Source: an uncultured Chloroflexia bacterium (GTDB lineage: Bacteria > Chloroflexota > Limnocylindria > Limnocylindrales > CSP1-4). Taken from it: 64,000 nt of DNA. The notes under the pieces were generated by a model that had not been told where the DNA came from, did not search any database, and saw nothing but the letters and a program-made list of their open reading frames with translations. Of this stretch, positions 36,269 to 47,722 are shown in pieces (position 1 is the stretch's first letter; the number at the start of each line of letters is the position of its first letter). The translations under genes and the position numbers were made by a program. The DNA lies in assembly GCA_963698505.1 (NCBI GenBank), contig CAVORC010000047.1, positions 495 to 64,494 on the forward strand. The letters run 5' to 3'.

Positions 36269-37180
36269 TCAGGCCAGGTCGCCGAAGTGCCCCCACAGCG
36301 AAGGGTCGAAGCCGGGGACGAGCTGGCGCAGGCGCTCCACCTCGGGTCGGTAGTAGCCCCGCAGCACCTCGACCTGCGAGTCGGGCACAGACACCTTCTC
36401 CAGCTTGGCCTTGTTGCGTGGCCGCGCCAGCTCCTCGGCCGGTAGCTCATGCGGCGGCAGGCCCAGGAACTCGAAGGTGCGTGCCAGCATCGCGCCGGCA
36501 TCGGCGGCGCAGGCCTCGTATTGCAGCACCAGCAAGCGCTCGGCCGGGAAGGAGCGCATGAGCCACTCCACCTGCGTGGCATACATGCCGCGCTCGATGG
36601 CATCGGTGACGACGCGGACACGATCGCCGAACACGCGCACCAGTCCGTCCTCGCCCTCTTCGTCCACCAGGCCACCGCGATCCATGTGGCTCAGGCCGCT
36701 GATGTAGCGCTCGACCGGGTCGCGTAGCAGGACGATGGCGCGGGCGTCCGGTGCCGCCCGCTTCACCATCGGAGGCACCCAGGCACAGTTCATGTACTCG
36801 GGCGTCTTCTCGCCGATGAGCTTCCCCTGCGGCCGCGGGAAGTAGCGGTGGTAGTGCTCGATGTGCTCATCGGTCAGCGGCTCCGCCCAGAGGCGATCGA
36901 AGAAATGGAGCTCGGGCCGCTGGTTCTTGGGCTGCACCACTCCCGGATGCTGCTCGATGAGGCGGAACCACCAGGTCGTGCCCGACTTCTGGGCACCGAA
37001 GATGACGAAGTCGGGGGCCCCGGTGCGCCAGCCGTCCGGACAGGCGGGGTGCTCCGGCAGGGTCTCGAAGACCTTGCGGCGCTGGCGGATGCTGGCGGGG
37101 TCCATGGGCTTGGGCGACGGGGCCGCGGGCTGGTTGAGACCAAGCCGCCTGCGCAGCTTGCGCAGTCGGATCTGGCGCAT
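36269..37180 (-). CDS. Sulfotransferase family protein (PAPS-dependent type)
   Basis: The 5'-PSB-like loop is FVIFGAQKSGTTWWFRLI, and the 3'-PB-like region is LLRDPVERYISGLSH. 303 aa, antisense to the surrounding Tad genes. Confidence 0.7.
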   Translation of the reverse strand: MRQIRLRKLRRRLGLNQPAAPSPKPMDPASIRQRRKVFETLPEHPACPDGWRTGAPDFVIFGAQKSGTTWWFRLIEQHPGVVQPKNQRPELHFFDRLWAEPLTDEHIEHYHRYFPRPQGKLIGEKTPEYMNCAWVPPMVKRAAPDARAIVLLRDPVERYISGLSHMDRGGLVDEEGEDGLVRVFGDRVRVVTDAIERGMYATQVEWLMRSFPAERLLVLQYEACAADAGAMLARTFEFLGLPPHELPAEELARPRNKAKLEKVSVPDSQVEVLRGYYRPEVERLRQLVPGFDPSLWGHFGDLA

Positions 37181-37536
37181 GCAGGAACCTCGAGAACGGG
37201 GCCAAGTGGGATGTCTCGGGCATGATAGCCGTCAGGGCCCGCGACCATCGCGGTTCGCGCCGTGCGGCCCGCCGCTGCGACCGGGTACCAACGCCGCACG
37301 ACGCGTCGGCCGCATAGCCCGATAGTCATATCGCCCGCGCCGGGGGTGGTGCATAGGATTCCGGTGACACTTGTCACACCAGTTGGAGTCCTGCTCTTGT
37401 TGTCAGCCCCCGGTGAGCATGTCCCTCGACCAGCCCTGACGAACCCACGGCGTCGCGCTAGTCGAATCGGTGCTCCCGGTCTACCCTTGAGCCCCCGGCA
37501 CGGCCGCCTGCCGTCAACGGCCATGAGGAACCGAGC

Positions 37537-38769
37537 GTGAGCGAACAGATCCGAGTCGTCATCGTCGATGACATCGCAGAAACACGAGAGCACCTGACGA
37601 AGCTGCTCTCGTTCGAATCCGATATCGACGTGGTGGGTGCCGCCGCGTCGGGCGAGGAGGCGGTCGACCTCGCGGGCAAGCTGCAGCCGGACATCCTGCT
37701 GATGGACATCAACATGCCCGGCATGGATGGCATCGCCACCACCGAACGCATCTCCGCCACCTTCCCCATGACCTCCATCATCATGATGAGCGTCCAGGGG
37801 GAGGCGGACTACCTGCGGCGGTCGATGCTCGCCGGAGCCCGGGAGTTCCTCGTCAAGCCCTTCAGCTCCGATGAGCTGACGGCTTCCATCCGCCAGGTGC
37901 ACATCCGCGAGAAGGCCAAGCGCGGGCGCATGATCATGCCGGTCCCCGGCGCAGCCAGCCCTGAAGGCAGCGGCAAGAAGGGCAAGATCGTCACGCTCTT
38001 CGCGCCCAAGGGCGGCGTCGGCCGGACCACGTTGGCGGTCAACCTCGCGGTCGCCTTGGCTGGTGAGCAACGGCAGACCGTCACGCTCGTGGACGGCTCC
38101 TTCCAGTTCGGCGATGTCGGCGTGCTGCTGAACCTGAACCCCAAGAACAAGTCCATCATCGACGTCGTCGCCGATCCCTCCGCGACCGACGAGGACCTGG
38201 TCGACACCACGCTCATCAACCACAGCACCGGCATCAAGGTCCTGCTGGCGCCTCCGAGCCCGGAGATGGCGGAGCTCATCACGGTCGACCAGATCCGGCG
38301 CATGGCTGGACGGCTGCGCGAGACCAACGACTTCACGGTGGTAGACCTCTGGCCCCACTTCAACGATGTCTCGTTGGCGCTGCTGGACATGTCCGACGTG
38401 ATCCTGACGATCCTCACCCTCGAGATCACGAACATCAAGAACATCCGCCTCTTCCTGGAAGTGGCCGAGCAGCTCGGCTACGGCGATCGCCTGAAGCTGG
38501 TCCTGAACCGTGCCGATTCGGCATTCGGCATCCGCGTCGCCGACGTCGAGAACTCCGTGGGACGCAAGATCGACCACCAGGTGGTCTCGGATGGCCGCAC
38601 GGTCGTCTATGCGCTCAACCGGGGTGTGCCGTTCGTCTGGAGCAACAGCCAGGCCCCGGTCAGCGAAGACATCCTCAAGATCTCACGCGCACTCGTATCG
38701 GGCGAAGGCTCCCCCGAGACCGAGGATGAGAAGGAGCCTGCAAAGAAGTCAATCTTCGGACGGCGCTGA
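37537..38769 (+). CDS. tadZ: REC domain fused to CpaE/TadZ (ParA/MinD-like) pilus assembly ATPase
   Basis: The N-terminal receiver is VVIVDDIAETREHL...DILLMDINMPGMDG. The deviant Walker A is FAPKGGVGRTTLAVNLA. Confidence 0.85.
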   Translation: MSEQIRVVIVDDIAETREHLTKLLSFESDIDVVGAAASGEEAVDLAGKLQPDILLMDINMPGMDGIATTERISATFPMTSIIMMSVQGEADYLRRSMLAGAREFLVKPFSSDELTASIRQVHIREKAKRGRMIMPVPGAASPEGSGKKGKIVTLFAPKGGVGRTTLAVNLAVALAGEQRQTVTLVDGSFQFGDVGVLLNLNPKNKSIIDVVADPSATDEDLVDTTLINHSTGIKVLLAPPSPEMAELITVDQIRRMAGRLRETNDFTVVDLWPHFNDVSLALLDMSDVILTILTLEITNIKNIRLFLEVAEQLGYGDRLKLVLNRADSAFGIRVADVENSVGRKIDHQVVSDGRTVVYALNRGVPFVWSNSQAPVSEDILKISRALVSGEGSPETEDEKEPAKKSIFGRR

Positions 38770-38803
38770 CGTCGTCATGGATCCTCGCTAGGGAGAACTT
38801 GAG

Positions 38804-40234
<1,431 letters not shown>

Positions 40235-40243
40235 GAGGTCACG

Positions 40244-41260
40244 ATGGATCCTGCCGTCCTCGTTGCCGTCATGGCCGGCGTCGCGGTCATGCTGCTCTTC
40301 CTCGGTGTCTTCGGTGGCCGGCGCGTGTCGCCGACCGAGCGCATCGAGCAGGTGGCCATCGCCGCGACCGAGGCTCGCCACCGCGACCGCGACACCAGCC
40401 AGCGCAAGTCACTCCGTTCACGCTTCTTCGGTGGCCGCGCCGCCGCCGGCGTCGACCGCGTCGTCGAGCAGCGTGACTGGGGCGCCACCATGGCCCGCGA
40501 GCTGGCTCGCGCCGATCTTCAGCTGCGGCCATCGGAGTACCTGGCCATCCGCATCGCCGCCATCATCGGCGCGCCCGTGGCAGTCTACCTGCTCGGCAAG
40601 ACCGTGCTCAGCACGCTCGACACGCCCATCGCCCTGCTGATCGCCGGTGTCCTTGGTTGGTGGGTCCCGCGTTTCTATGTCAACCGCCGCAAGACCAAGC
40701 GTCTGCAGGCGTTCAACGACCACCTCGCCGACACCATCACGCTCGTCGGCAACGCACTGCGCGCAGGCGCATCCTTCCTGCAGGCCATCGAGCTGGTGGT
40801 GCGTGAGACGCAGCCACCCATCTCCACGGAGTTCAACCGCGTCATCCGCGAGGTCAACCTGGGCCTGCCGTTCGAGCAGGCGCTCTCCAACATGGTCCGT
40901 CGCGTGCGGTCCGAGGACCTTGAGCTGATGGCCACCGCCATCACCATCCAGCACCAGGTCGGCGGCAACCTCGCCGAGATCCTCGACTCCATCGCCTTCA
41001 CCATCCGCGAGCGCATCCGCATCAAGGGCGAGATCCGTACCCTCACGGCACAGCAGCGCATGTCTGGCTACGTCGTGGCCGGCCTACCCATCTTCCTCGT
41101 CCTCATCCTGTCGCTCATCGCACCTACCTTCATGGAACCGATGTTCGGGGACCCGTACGTCTTCGGCATCCCTGTCGGCGTCATCGTCCTCAGCCTCGGC
41201 GCCATCATGATGGGCATCGGGTTCCTGGCCATCCGCCGCATCGTCGACATCGAGGTCTAG
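40244..41260 (+). CDS. tadB: TadB (type II secretion system F-family) platform protein
   Basis: T2SSF-type membrane protein directly after tadA, 338 aa. Confidence 0.8.
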   Translation: MDPAVLVAVMAGVAVMLLFLGVFGGRRVSPTERIEQVAIAATEARHRDRDTSQRKSLRSRFFGGRAAAGVDRVVEQRDWGATMARELARADLQLRPSEYLAIRIAAIIGAPVAVYLLGKTVLSTLDTPIALLIAGVLGWWVPRFYVNRRKTKRLQAFNDHLADTITLVGNALRAGASFLQAIELVVRETQPPISTEFNRVIREVNLGLPFEQALSNMVRRVRSEDLELMATAITIQHQVGGNLAEILDSIAFTIRERIRIKGEIRTLTAQQRMSGYVVAGLPIFLVLILSLIAPTFMEPMFGDPYVFGIPVGVIVLSLGAIMMGIGFLAIRRIVDIEV

Positions 41261-41263
41261 CGC

Positions 41264-42193
41264 ATGGGACTCCCCTTCCTCATGGCGCTGCTGGCTGCCG
41301 GCGGCGTTCTGCTCATCGTCTGGGCCCTGCTGGGTGCTCGCACCTCAGACCCGGTCCAGGCACGTCTCACACAGCTCGGCACGCTCGAGGGCGTGACCAG
41401 CCTGGAGGAGATCGAGCTGCAGCAGCCCATCATGGACCGCACGCTGCGACCGATGATGCGGCGACTGTCCGGCATCGGCACGAGGTTTACCTCGCGTGAG
41501 CGCGTCGGCCGCACGGAGGGTCGGCTGGCAGAGGCCGGCTACCCCTATGGGCTACGCACCATCGACTTCATGGGCCTCAAGGTGGTCAGTGCCCTGGTCA
41601 CCAGCGGCCTTGCCTTCCTGCTGTTCGGCGTGGCGCTCGGCGCCGGCGCCTCCTCTGGCTTGGTCATCACCGGGATCGGCCTTGTGCTGGGCTTCTTCCT
41701 GCCTGACTACTGGCTGATCAACCGCATCCGCGCACGCCAGAAGGCGATCCTGCTGGCCATCCCCGACACGCTCGACCTGCTCACCATCTCGGTGAAGGCC
41801 GGTCTCGGTTTCGATGCCGCACTGGGCAAGGTCATCGAGAAGACCGAGGGGCCGCTCTCCGACGAGTTCCGCCGTGCCCTGGCGGAGGTACGCATCGGCA
41901 AGCCCCGTCGCGATGCGTTGAAGGAGCTGGTGGCGCGCACCAACGTGCCGGCGCTGACCAACTTCATCGGCGCCATCATCCAGGCCGAACAGCTCGGCGT
42001 GGCGATCGCCAACGTCCTCGAGATCCAGTCTGAACAGCTGCGCATCGAGCGCCGACAGCGTGCCGAGGAGATGGCAGCCAAGGCGCCCATCAAGATGCTC
42101 TTCCCGTTGGTGGGGTGCATCTTCCCCGCGATGTTCATCGTCATCCTGGGCCCGGCGCTGATCCTCATCATGCAGAACCTGGGCAACGTCTAG
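41264..42193 (+). CDS. tadC: TadC (type II secretion system F-family) platform protein
   Basis: Second T2SSF-type membrane protein, 309 aa. Confidence 0.8.
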   Translation: MGLPFLMALLAAGGVLLIVWALLGARTSDPVQARLTQLGTLEGVTSLEEIELQQPIMDRTLRPMMRRLSGIGTRFTSRERVGRTEGRLAEAGYPYGLRTIDFMGLKVVSALVTSGLAFLLFGVALGAGASSGLVITGIGLVLGFFLPDYWLINRIRARQKAILLAIPDTLDLLTISVKAGLGFDAALGKVIEKTEGPLSDEFRRALAEVRIGKPRRDALKELVARTNVPALTNFIGAIIQAEQLGVAIANVLEIQSEQLRIERRQRAEEMAAKAPIKMLFPLVGCIFPAMFIVILGPALILIMQNLGNV

Positions 42194-42206
42194 CCGGTCT
42201 GACCGG

Positions 42207-42614
42207 ATGAGCCAGGAACCACTGCGGCTGCGCCGTCGGGCCGATGGCGCCGTGCTTTGCCGGCGGCTCGTGCTGGGCGAGTCGTTCGGCCAGCGCTTCA
42301 TGGGCCTGATGGGTCGCGCATCCCTGCCGGCCGATGAGGGCCTCTGGCTGCCCACCTCGAGTATCCACATGTTCTTCATGCGCTTCCCCATCGACGCGCT
42401 CTTCGTGGGCAAGGAGAGCGGCGACGGATACCGGTCGGTGGTGGGCATGCGCCGGAACCTGCCGCCGTGGCGGGGCATCGTCCTGCCGGTTCGCGGAGCC
42501 GAAGGCGTGATCGAGCTGCCCGCGGGGACACTCGAGCGACACAGCGTGGCCGACGGTGACGAGGTGCGCTTCGAGCCCGCCCACGACGAAGGCCGGGCCG
42601 CCCCGGCTGCCTGA
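42207..42614 (+). CDS. DUF192 (COG1430) domain protein
   Basis: FGQRFMGLMGRASLPADEGLWLPTSSIHMFFMRFPIDALFV fits the DUF192 pattern. Confidence 0.65.
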   Translation: MSQEPLRLRRRADGAVLCRRLVLGESFGQRFMGLMGRASLPADEGLWLPTSSIHMFFMRFPIDALFVGKESGDGYRSVVGMRRNLPPWRGIVLPVRGAEGVIELPAGTLERHSVADGDEVRFEPAHDEGRAAPAA

Positions 42615-42671
42615 GTCGGTGCTCCGTACGGGAGTGACAAGCGCCACGTAACCGGCCACAGGACACTGGCC

Positions 42672-43373
42672 ATGTGCCGGCGCATACGCCAGCACGTCGC
42701 TGGGCTCATGCTGGGGCTCGTGCGCGCCCTGCTCGACCTCCTTCTGCCACCCCGCTGCGCCGGCTGCGGCCGAGAGGGTGAGACCCTCTGCCCTCGCTGC
42801 AGTCGGCCGTTGGTCCGCCGCCGGGGTGAGCCGGCCGGCGCTCCCCTCGGACTTCCGGTGGCGCTGCCGGCCGGGCTCGTGCAGCTGGAGTGGTGTGCCA
42901 TGTACAGCGGCCCGGTGCGTGCGTCCCTCCACGCGCTCAAGTACCGCGGCGAGCGGCGACTCGGCGAGCCGTTGGGCCGGGCCATGGCCGAGCGCTGGCG
43001 CCGCGCGGGGCGCGGTGCCGAGCTGGTCACGTGGGTACCCGTCCACCGCAGTCGGCAGCGTGAGCGTGGCTTCGACCAGGCCGAAGCGCTGGCGCGCGTC
43101 GTCGCCGAAGAGCTGGGTCTGCCGGTGGAGCGCTGCCTCGTACGGCGGCAGCGCACGACCGCCCAGCACTCGCTCGGGCGACGAGCGCGTGCGGGCAACA
43201 CGGTCGGCGCCTTCGATGCCAGCGAGCGCGTCCGCGCCAGGATGCAGGGACGCTGGCTCCTCCTCGTCGACGACATCGTCACGACCGGAGCCACGCTCAG
43301 TGCCTGCGCCGCGGCCTTGCAGGCGGGCGGCGCGGCGTCCGTCTCAGCGCTGGCGCTGGCGCGCGACCGCTGA
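42672..43373 (+). CDS. comFC: ComF family protein (ComFC, phosphoribosyltransferase-like)
   Basis: N-terminal Cys4 (PPRCAGCG...CPRC) and a C-terminal PRT motif (LLLVDDIVTTGATL). Confidence 0.8.
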   Translation: MCRRIRQHVAGLMLGLVRALLDLLLPPRCAGCGREGETLCPRCSRPLVRRRGEPAGAPLGLPVALPAGLVQLEWCAMYSGPVRASLHALKYRGERRLGEPLGRAMAERWRRAGRGAELVTWVPVHRSRQRERGFDQAEALARVVAEELGLPVERCLVRRQRTTAQHSLGRRARAGNTVGAFDASERVRARMQGRWLLLVDDIVTTGATLSACAAALQAGGAASVSALALARDR

Positions 43374-43467
43374 CTGCTCGCACCATCGGGCCCGCGACGG
43401 CGGCACGGGGATGTGGCGGACCCGACGCCTGAAGCCTAGACTCAGACCAAAAGGGGAGGTGCAGCCG

Positions 43468-44052
43468 GTGCGAACGACGATCAGAGGCAAGAACCTGACT
43501 GTCTCGGACAAGGACCGTGCCTACATCGAGCGCAAGATGCAGCGCCTGGAGCGGATGCTCGACGATCGCAGCGAGGCCGACGTGGAGCTGCGCCTGGAGG
43601 GCAACCCCAAGATCGCCGACAGCCACATCGTTGACGTGACGCTCTCGATGACCGGCCAGACGCTCCACAGCATGGCCGCTGCGGCGTCCTTCCGCGTGGC
43701 CGTGGACGAGGTCATCGACAAGGTGGAGCGACGCACGGTCGAAGCCCGGCAGCGGCCGCGCGACCGCCGCCGCCACGCCCAGGAGCGCTACATCGGCGCC
43801 AGCCAGATGGAGGCGACGCCGGAGTCGCCGGAGGATGGCGACGAGGAATCGCAGGTGGTGAAGATCAAGCGCTTCGACATCGAGCCGATGTTCGAGGAGG
43901 ACGCCATCACGCGGATGGAGGAGCTGGGGCACGCGTTCTTCATCTTCGTCAACGCCGAGAACGAGCGCATCGCGGTCCTCTATCGCCGGCGAGATGGACG
44001 CTACGGGCTCATCGAGCCGTCGATCGGCGGAGGCTACAGCGGAGACGAATAG
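43468..44052 (+). CDS. hpf: Ribosome hibernation promoting factor, long form
   Basis: IRGKNLTVSDKDRAYIERKMQRLERML..., plus the C-terminal dimerisation domain KRFDIEPMFEEDAITRMEELGHAFFIFVNAE. GTG at 43459 is an alternative start. Confidence 0.9.
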   Translation: MRTTIRGKNLTVSDKDRAYIERKMQRLERMLDDRSEADVELRLEGNPKIADSHIVDVTLSMTGQTLHSMAAAASFRVAVDEVIDKVERRTVEARQRPRDRRRHAQERYIGASQMEATPESPEDGDEESQVVKIKRFDIEPMFEEDAITRMEELGHAFFIFVNAENERIAVLYRRRDGRYGLIEPSIGGGYSGDE

Positions 44053-44238
44053 CCTCGACGCCTGCGGGTAGCTCCCTGGCGCATGTGCTGGCGGCGTGGG
44101 GGACCGTTCCCTCACTCGAGCCCGTACCAATGGACCATATTCTGCGGGGCGTCCTGGCACCGATGATGTCGCTGCCGCCGGACGGTGGCTCACCGGGGCT
44201 CACAGGCCCGGTGCCCACGATGACGCTGTCGGGGTGCT

Positions 44239-44682
44239 ATGAGCGTCCAGAACCCACGGGCCTTCAACGAGTGGCTGCGAGCCCAGCTCAAGGCCAAGAA
44301 GATGTCCCAGCGCCAACTGGCGCAGCAGTCCGGCGTGGACCACTCCACGATCTCGCGGCTGCTTCGGGGTGACCGGACTCCATCACTGGGCACGGCCACC
44401 AAGCTGGCCAAGGGCCTGCGCGAGCTTCGCGACGACACCGACTCACCGCAGTACTTCGGCCTGACCTCATCGTCGAGCACGCATCCCACCGCGCGCGTGG
44501 AGTACGCCCTGCGGTCGGATGACCTCATGAGCGAGCCGCAGGTGCGGCAGGTCATGGAGTACTACCTGGCGCTGAGGATGCGTCGTCTGTCGGTGCGCCA
44601 GACGGGCCGCTACGCGCCGGTCCGTCCGGTCGCGGCGGTACGCTCCGTGCCCACCCAGGCCGAGCCCAACAAGAAGCACTGA
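44239..44682 (+). CDS. XRE-family helix-turn-helix transcriptional regulator
   Basis: KKMSQRQLAQQSGVDHSTISRLLRGDRTPSLGTATKLAKGL. Confidence 0.75.
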   Translation: MSVQNPRAFNEWLRAQLKAKKMSQRQLAQQSGVDHSTISRLLRGDRTPSLGTATKLAKGLRELRDDTDSPQYFGLTSSSSTHPTARVEYALRSDDLMSEPQVRQVMEYYLALRMRRLSVRQTGRYAPVRPVAAVRSVPTQAEPNKKH

Positions 44683-45977
44683 TCCGGCGGGCGCTGCCGC
44701 CCTCCTTCTACGCCACGCACTCGACCACGGCCCCGCTCGCGCCTGCCCGGCGCTGTGCCCCTGCTAGGCCGTGGTCGTTCCCTGCTCGGCTCGGCGCTCG
44801 TGCTGTCGCGCCACGCATCGTCGCCGCCGGGACCACCGCTGCTGCTCGAGCCGCCACCCTTGGTCTTGGGTGACAGGAGGTAGGCGATGAAGCCGAGCAC
44901 GATGACCGACAGCACGCTGATGGCGCGGTCCACCAGCGCGATGGCCGCCGCCTCGTTGGGGTCGGCCTGGTAGACCACGGTCAGCAGGCCCACGATCCCG
45001 GCCTCGACGATGCCCAGGCCGGCCGGCGTGAAGGGAACGGCGGTCAGGAGCGAGGCCACCAGGGCGACGAAGAAGGCACCGCTGATGCCCAGCGAGATGT
45101 CGAAGCCGAGCGAGTCCACCACGAACAGCAGGCGCAACGCCTCGGTCGTCCAGATGAGGCCGGTGAGCACGGCCACCAGCGGCAGCGTGCGGCGGTCAGC
45201 CGAGAAGACGCCGTCCTCGAAGTGCTCGTAGAGCTCCTTGGCCCGGCTCGGCAGCGGTAGCCGCTCGACCAGCCGGCGTCCGAAGTTGCGCAGCGTGAAC
45301 AGCGCCACGGCCAGCAGCACGACCACCACGATGCCGCCGAGCATGATCGTGCGCACGGTGTCGTCGAGCCCGGTGCGGAAGGACCAGAACGCCGCGCCGA
45401 GGCCGAGGATGACGATGGCGAAGATGTCGAAGATGCGCTCGATGAAGATCGTCCCGAAGGTCGCCGACAGCGAGACCGGGTAGTTGATCTTCAACAGCCA
45501 GGCGCGGTAGACCTCGCCCAGCTTGGCCGGAACGACGCTGTTGACGAGCCAGCTGACGAAGATGATCTCCGTGGAGTCGCGAACGGGGACCCTGGCGCCG
45601 ATGCCACGCAGCAGCAACGACCAGCGGTAGCCGCGGAGCGGGAACCCGAGGTAGTAGATGGCGAAGGCGGCCAGCAGCCAGGCTGGGTCGGCACCGAGGA
45701 CGTAGTCGACCAGGGTGTTCAGCTCGAAGCCGGGCAGCGCCAGCGCGAAGAGCACCAGCACCACGACCGGGACGATGATGGATGCCTGCGTGCGGCGGTC
45801 GCGCAGGCGCTCGGTCAGCGGGACGGCCCCCTCGGAGAGGTCGTCCTCCAGCAGCGGGTCCTCCTTGGCCGCATCACCCACATCGGGCGTGGCCTCGAGT
45901 GCCAGCCTGAATGCGTCGGTGCGCTCGCGGACGCGCTGCGGCTCCTCCGCCTCGGGGCCAGGGGGCTGTCCGGTCAC
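44610..45977 (-). CDS. Flippase-like membrane protein (LPG_synthase_TM / UPF0104 family)
   Basis: The GTG at 45977 overlaps the PHP gene stop (GTGA). AFAIYYLGFPLRGYRWSLLLRGIG...VVPAKLGEVYRAWLL. The Gly/Ser/Arg-rich tail overlaps the XRE gene, so the true stop may be earlier. Confidence 0.6.
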   Translation of the reverse strand: MTGQPPGPEAEEPQRVRERTDAFRLALEATPDVGDAAKEDPLLEDDLSEGAVPLTERLRDRRTQASIIVPVVVLVLFALALPGFELNTLVDYVLGADPAWLLAAFAIYYLGFPLRGYRWSLLLRGIGARVPVRDSTEIIFVSWLVNSVVPAKLGEVYRAWLLKINYPVSLSATFGTIFIERIFDIFAIVILGLGAAFWSFRTGLDDTVRTIMLGGIVVVVLLAVALFTLRNFGRRLVERLPLPSRAKELYEHFEDGVFSADRRTLPLVAVLTGLIWTTEALRLLFVVDSLGFDISLGISGAFFVALVASLLTAVPFTPAGLGIVEAGIVGLLTVVYQADPNEAAAIALVDRAISVLSVIVLGFIAYLLSPKTKGGGSSSSGGPGGDDAWRDSTSAEPSRERPRPSRGTAPGRRERGRGRVRGVEGGRQRPPDQCFLLGSAWVGTERTAATGRTGA

Positions 45978-46720
45978 GATGGCTCCGGACCGTGGCTGCC
46001 GGCGCGGATGCGGCCGTTGCCGCGTGCGCGGTTGACCAGCTTGGCGATGGGCGTCCACAGGCGCAGGTAGTAGGAGGCACGCCCCGGCTGCACGACGGCC
46101 GCCGGCAGCAATGCGCGCAACTCGTCGGCGCTGCTGAACGGCCCGGGGAGCACGGTGGAGGCGATGCCCAGCTCGGTGATGCTGTGGGCATCGGAGGAGG
46201 CGACACCGGGCAGCCCGTGGCGCGCCGCGAAGGCCGCGGCCAGCGGGTTGGCGTCACGATAGGCGCGCGCGTTGTGGACCTCCACGTAGTCAACGATAGC
46301 GGCCAGCGCCTCCAGCTTCTGCTCTGCGTCGCCGGCCTGGCTGCCACCGGAGCTGCGGAAGCTGTCGAACGGGTGCGGCAGGCCGACGAGGCCACCCTGC
46401 TCGCGGATGGCCGCGGCAGTGTCGGCGGCCGACATCCCGGGCGCGACGACACGCTCGAGATAGAGGCCCAGGATGTCGCCGTCGGCGCTGCGGATCTCCT
46501 CGCCCACGATGACCTGCAGCGTGGGCGGCGCCAGGTCGCGGGCACGCTGGGCACCGTCGATGCGCTCGTGGTCGGTGATGGCGAGATGCGTCAGGCCCAG
46601 CCGCACCGCCCGCTCCATCATCCTGCGCGGGTCCGACAGCGAGTCGAAGGATGCCGAGCTGTGCGTGTGGAGGTCGGCGAAGGAGCGCGCGCCGGTGGGT
46701 GAGATCGGCTCGAGGACCAC
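45974..46720 (-). CDS. PHP-domain metal-dependent phosphoesterase
   Basis: FADLHTHSSASFDSLSDP...LTHLAITDHERIDGA. Confidence 0.75.
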   Translation of the reverse strand: MVLEPISPTGARSFADLHTHSSASFDSLSDPRRMMERAVRLGLTHLAITDHERIDGAQRARDLAPPTLQVIVGEEIRSADGDILGLYLERVVAPGMSAADTAAAIREQGGLVGLPHPFDSFRSSGGSQAGDAEQKLEALAAIVDYVEVHNARAYRDANPLAAAFAARHGLPGVASSDAHSITELGIASTVLPGPFSSADELRALLPAAVVQPGRASYYLRLWTPIAKLVNRARGNGRIRAGSHGPEPS

Positions 46721-46722
46721 GC

Positions 46723-47712
46723 CTAGACCTTCTGCACCAACGATGCCTTGAAGAACTCGAAGTGCTCCATGGCGAGGCCCGTGCCAAGTGCCACGCAGTT
46801 GAGGGCGTTCTCAGCCACGTGGCAGGGCACGCCGGTGACCTGCGTGAGCAGGCGGTCCATGTTGCGCAGCAGGGAGCCGCCGCCGGTCATCACCATGCCC
46901 TTGTCGATGATGTCACTGGCCAGCTCGGGTGGCGTCTCCTCCAGCACTGCGCGGACGGCGGTGACGACCTGCTGCAGCGGCTTCTCCATCGCCTCCATGA
47001 CCTCGGAGCTGGTGAGCGGGATGGTGCGCGGCAGGCCGGCGACCAGGTCACGTCCGCGGACGTCGAGGGTCAGCTCGCGCTCCAGGGGCAAGGCGGTGCC
47101 GATGGCGATCTTGACCTCCTCGGCGGTGCGCTCACCGATCATGAGGTTGTACTTGCGACGGATGTAGCTGGCGATGGCCTCGTCGAAGCGGTTGCCACCC
47201 ACGCGCAGGGAACGGCTGACCACGATGCCGCCCAGCGCCACGACGGCGATCTCGCTGGTGCCGCCGCCGATGTCGATGATCATGTTGCCCGAGGCACCCG
47301 AGATGGGCACGTTGGCGCCGATGGCGGCGGCCAGCGGCTCCTCGATGAGGTAGGCCTCGCGAGCGCCGGCCTTCAGGGCTGCGTCGCGCACGGCGCGCTT
47401 CTCCACGCTGGTCACGCCCGAGGGCACACACACCATCACCTCCGGCTTGGTGAACGTGCGGCCGGCCTTGCGGATGAAGTAGCGCAGCATGGCCTCGGTG
47501 ATGACGTAGTCGGCGATGACACCGTCCTTCATGGGCCGGATGGCGGAGATGTTGTCCGGCGTGCGGCCGATCATCTCGCGCGCCTCCTCCCCCACCGCCA
47601 CGATGTGGTGACTCTCGCTGACGGCCACGACCGAGGGCTCGCGGATGACGATGCCCTTGCCCTTGACGTAGACGAGCACGTTGGCCGTCCCGAGGTCGAT
47701 GCCGATCTTCAT
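46723..47712 (-). CDS. mreB: Rod-shape determining actin homologue MreB/Mbl
   Basis: The internal ATG at 47712 gives [31 protein letters not shown].... 329 aa. Confidence 0.9.
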   Translation of the reverse strand: MKIGIDLGTANVLVYVKGKGIVIREPSVVAVSESHHIVAVGEEAREMIGRTPDNISAIRPMKDGVIADYVITEAMLRYFIRKAGRTFTKPEVMVCVPSGVTSVEKRAVRDAALKAGAREAYLIEEPLAAAIGANVPISGASGNMIIDIGGGTSEIAVVALGGIVVSRSLRVGGNRFDEAIASYIRRKYNLMIGERTAEEVKIAIGTALPLERELTLDVRGRDLVAGLPRTIPLTSSEVMEAMEKPLQQVVTAVRAVLEETPPELASDIIDKGMVMTGGGSLLRNMDRLLTQVTGVPCHVAENALNCVALGTGLAMEHFEFFKASLVQKV

Positions 47713-47722
47713 GTCGTGACGA

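Noticed and set aside
37340-37400. GTGAC-ACTT-GTCAC inverted repeat upstream of tadZ as an operator
   Set aside because: The arms are only 5 bp and there is a single copy, which is too weak to call a binding site.
36874-38577. 567-aa minus ORF
   Set aside because: It is antisense to REC-tadZ and overlaps the sulfotransferase gene. It has no recognisable motifs and is a shadow ORF.
41552-43294. 580-aa minus ORF (and 42168-43169 minus)
   Set aside because: It is antisense to tadC, DUF192 and comFC, each of which shows clear family motifs on the plus strand.
42778-43467. Upstream 230 aa of ORF 42778-44052
   Set aside because: This is an out-of-frame overlap with comFC. hpf starts at GTG 43468 (or 43459), after an AAAAGGGGAGG ribosome-binding site.
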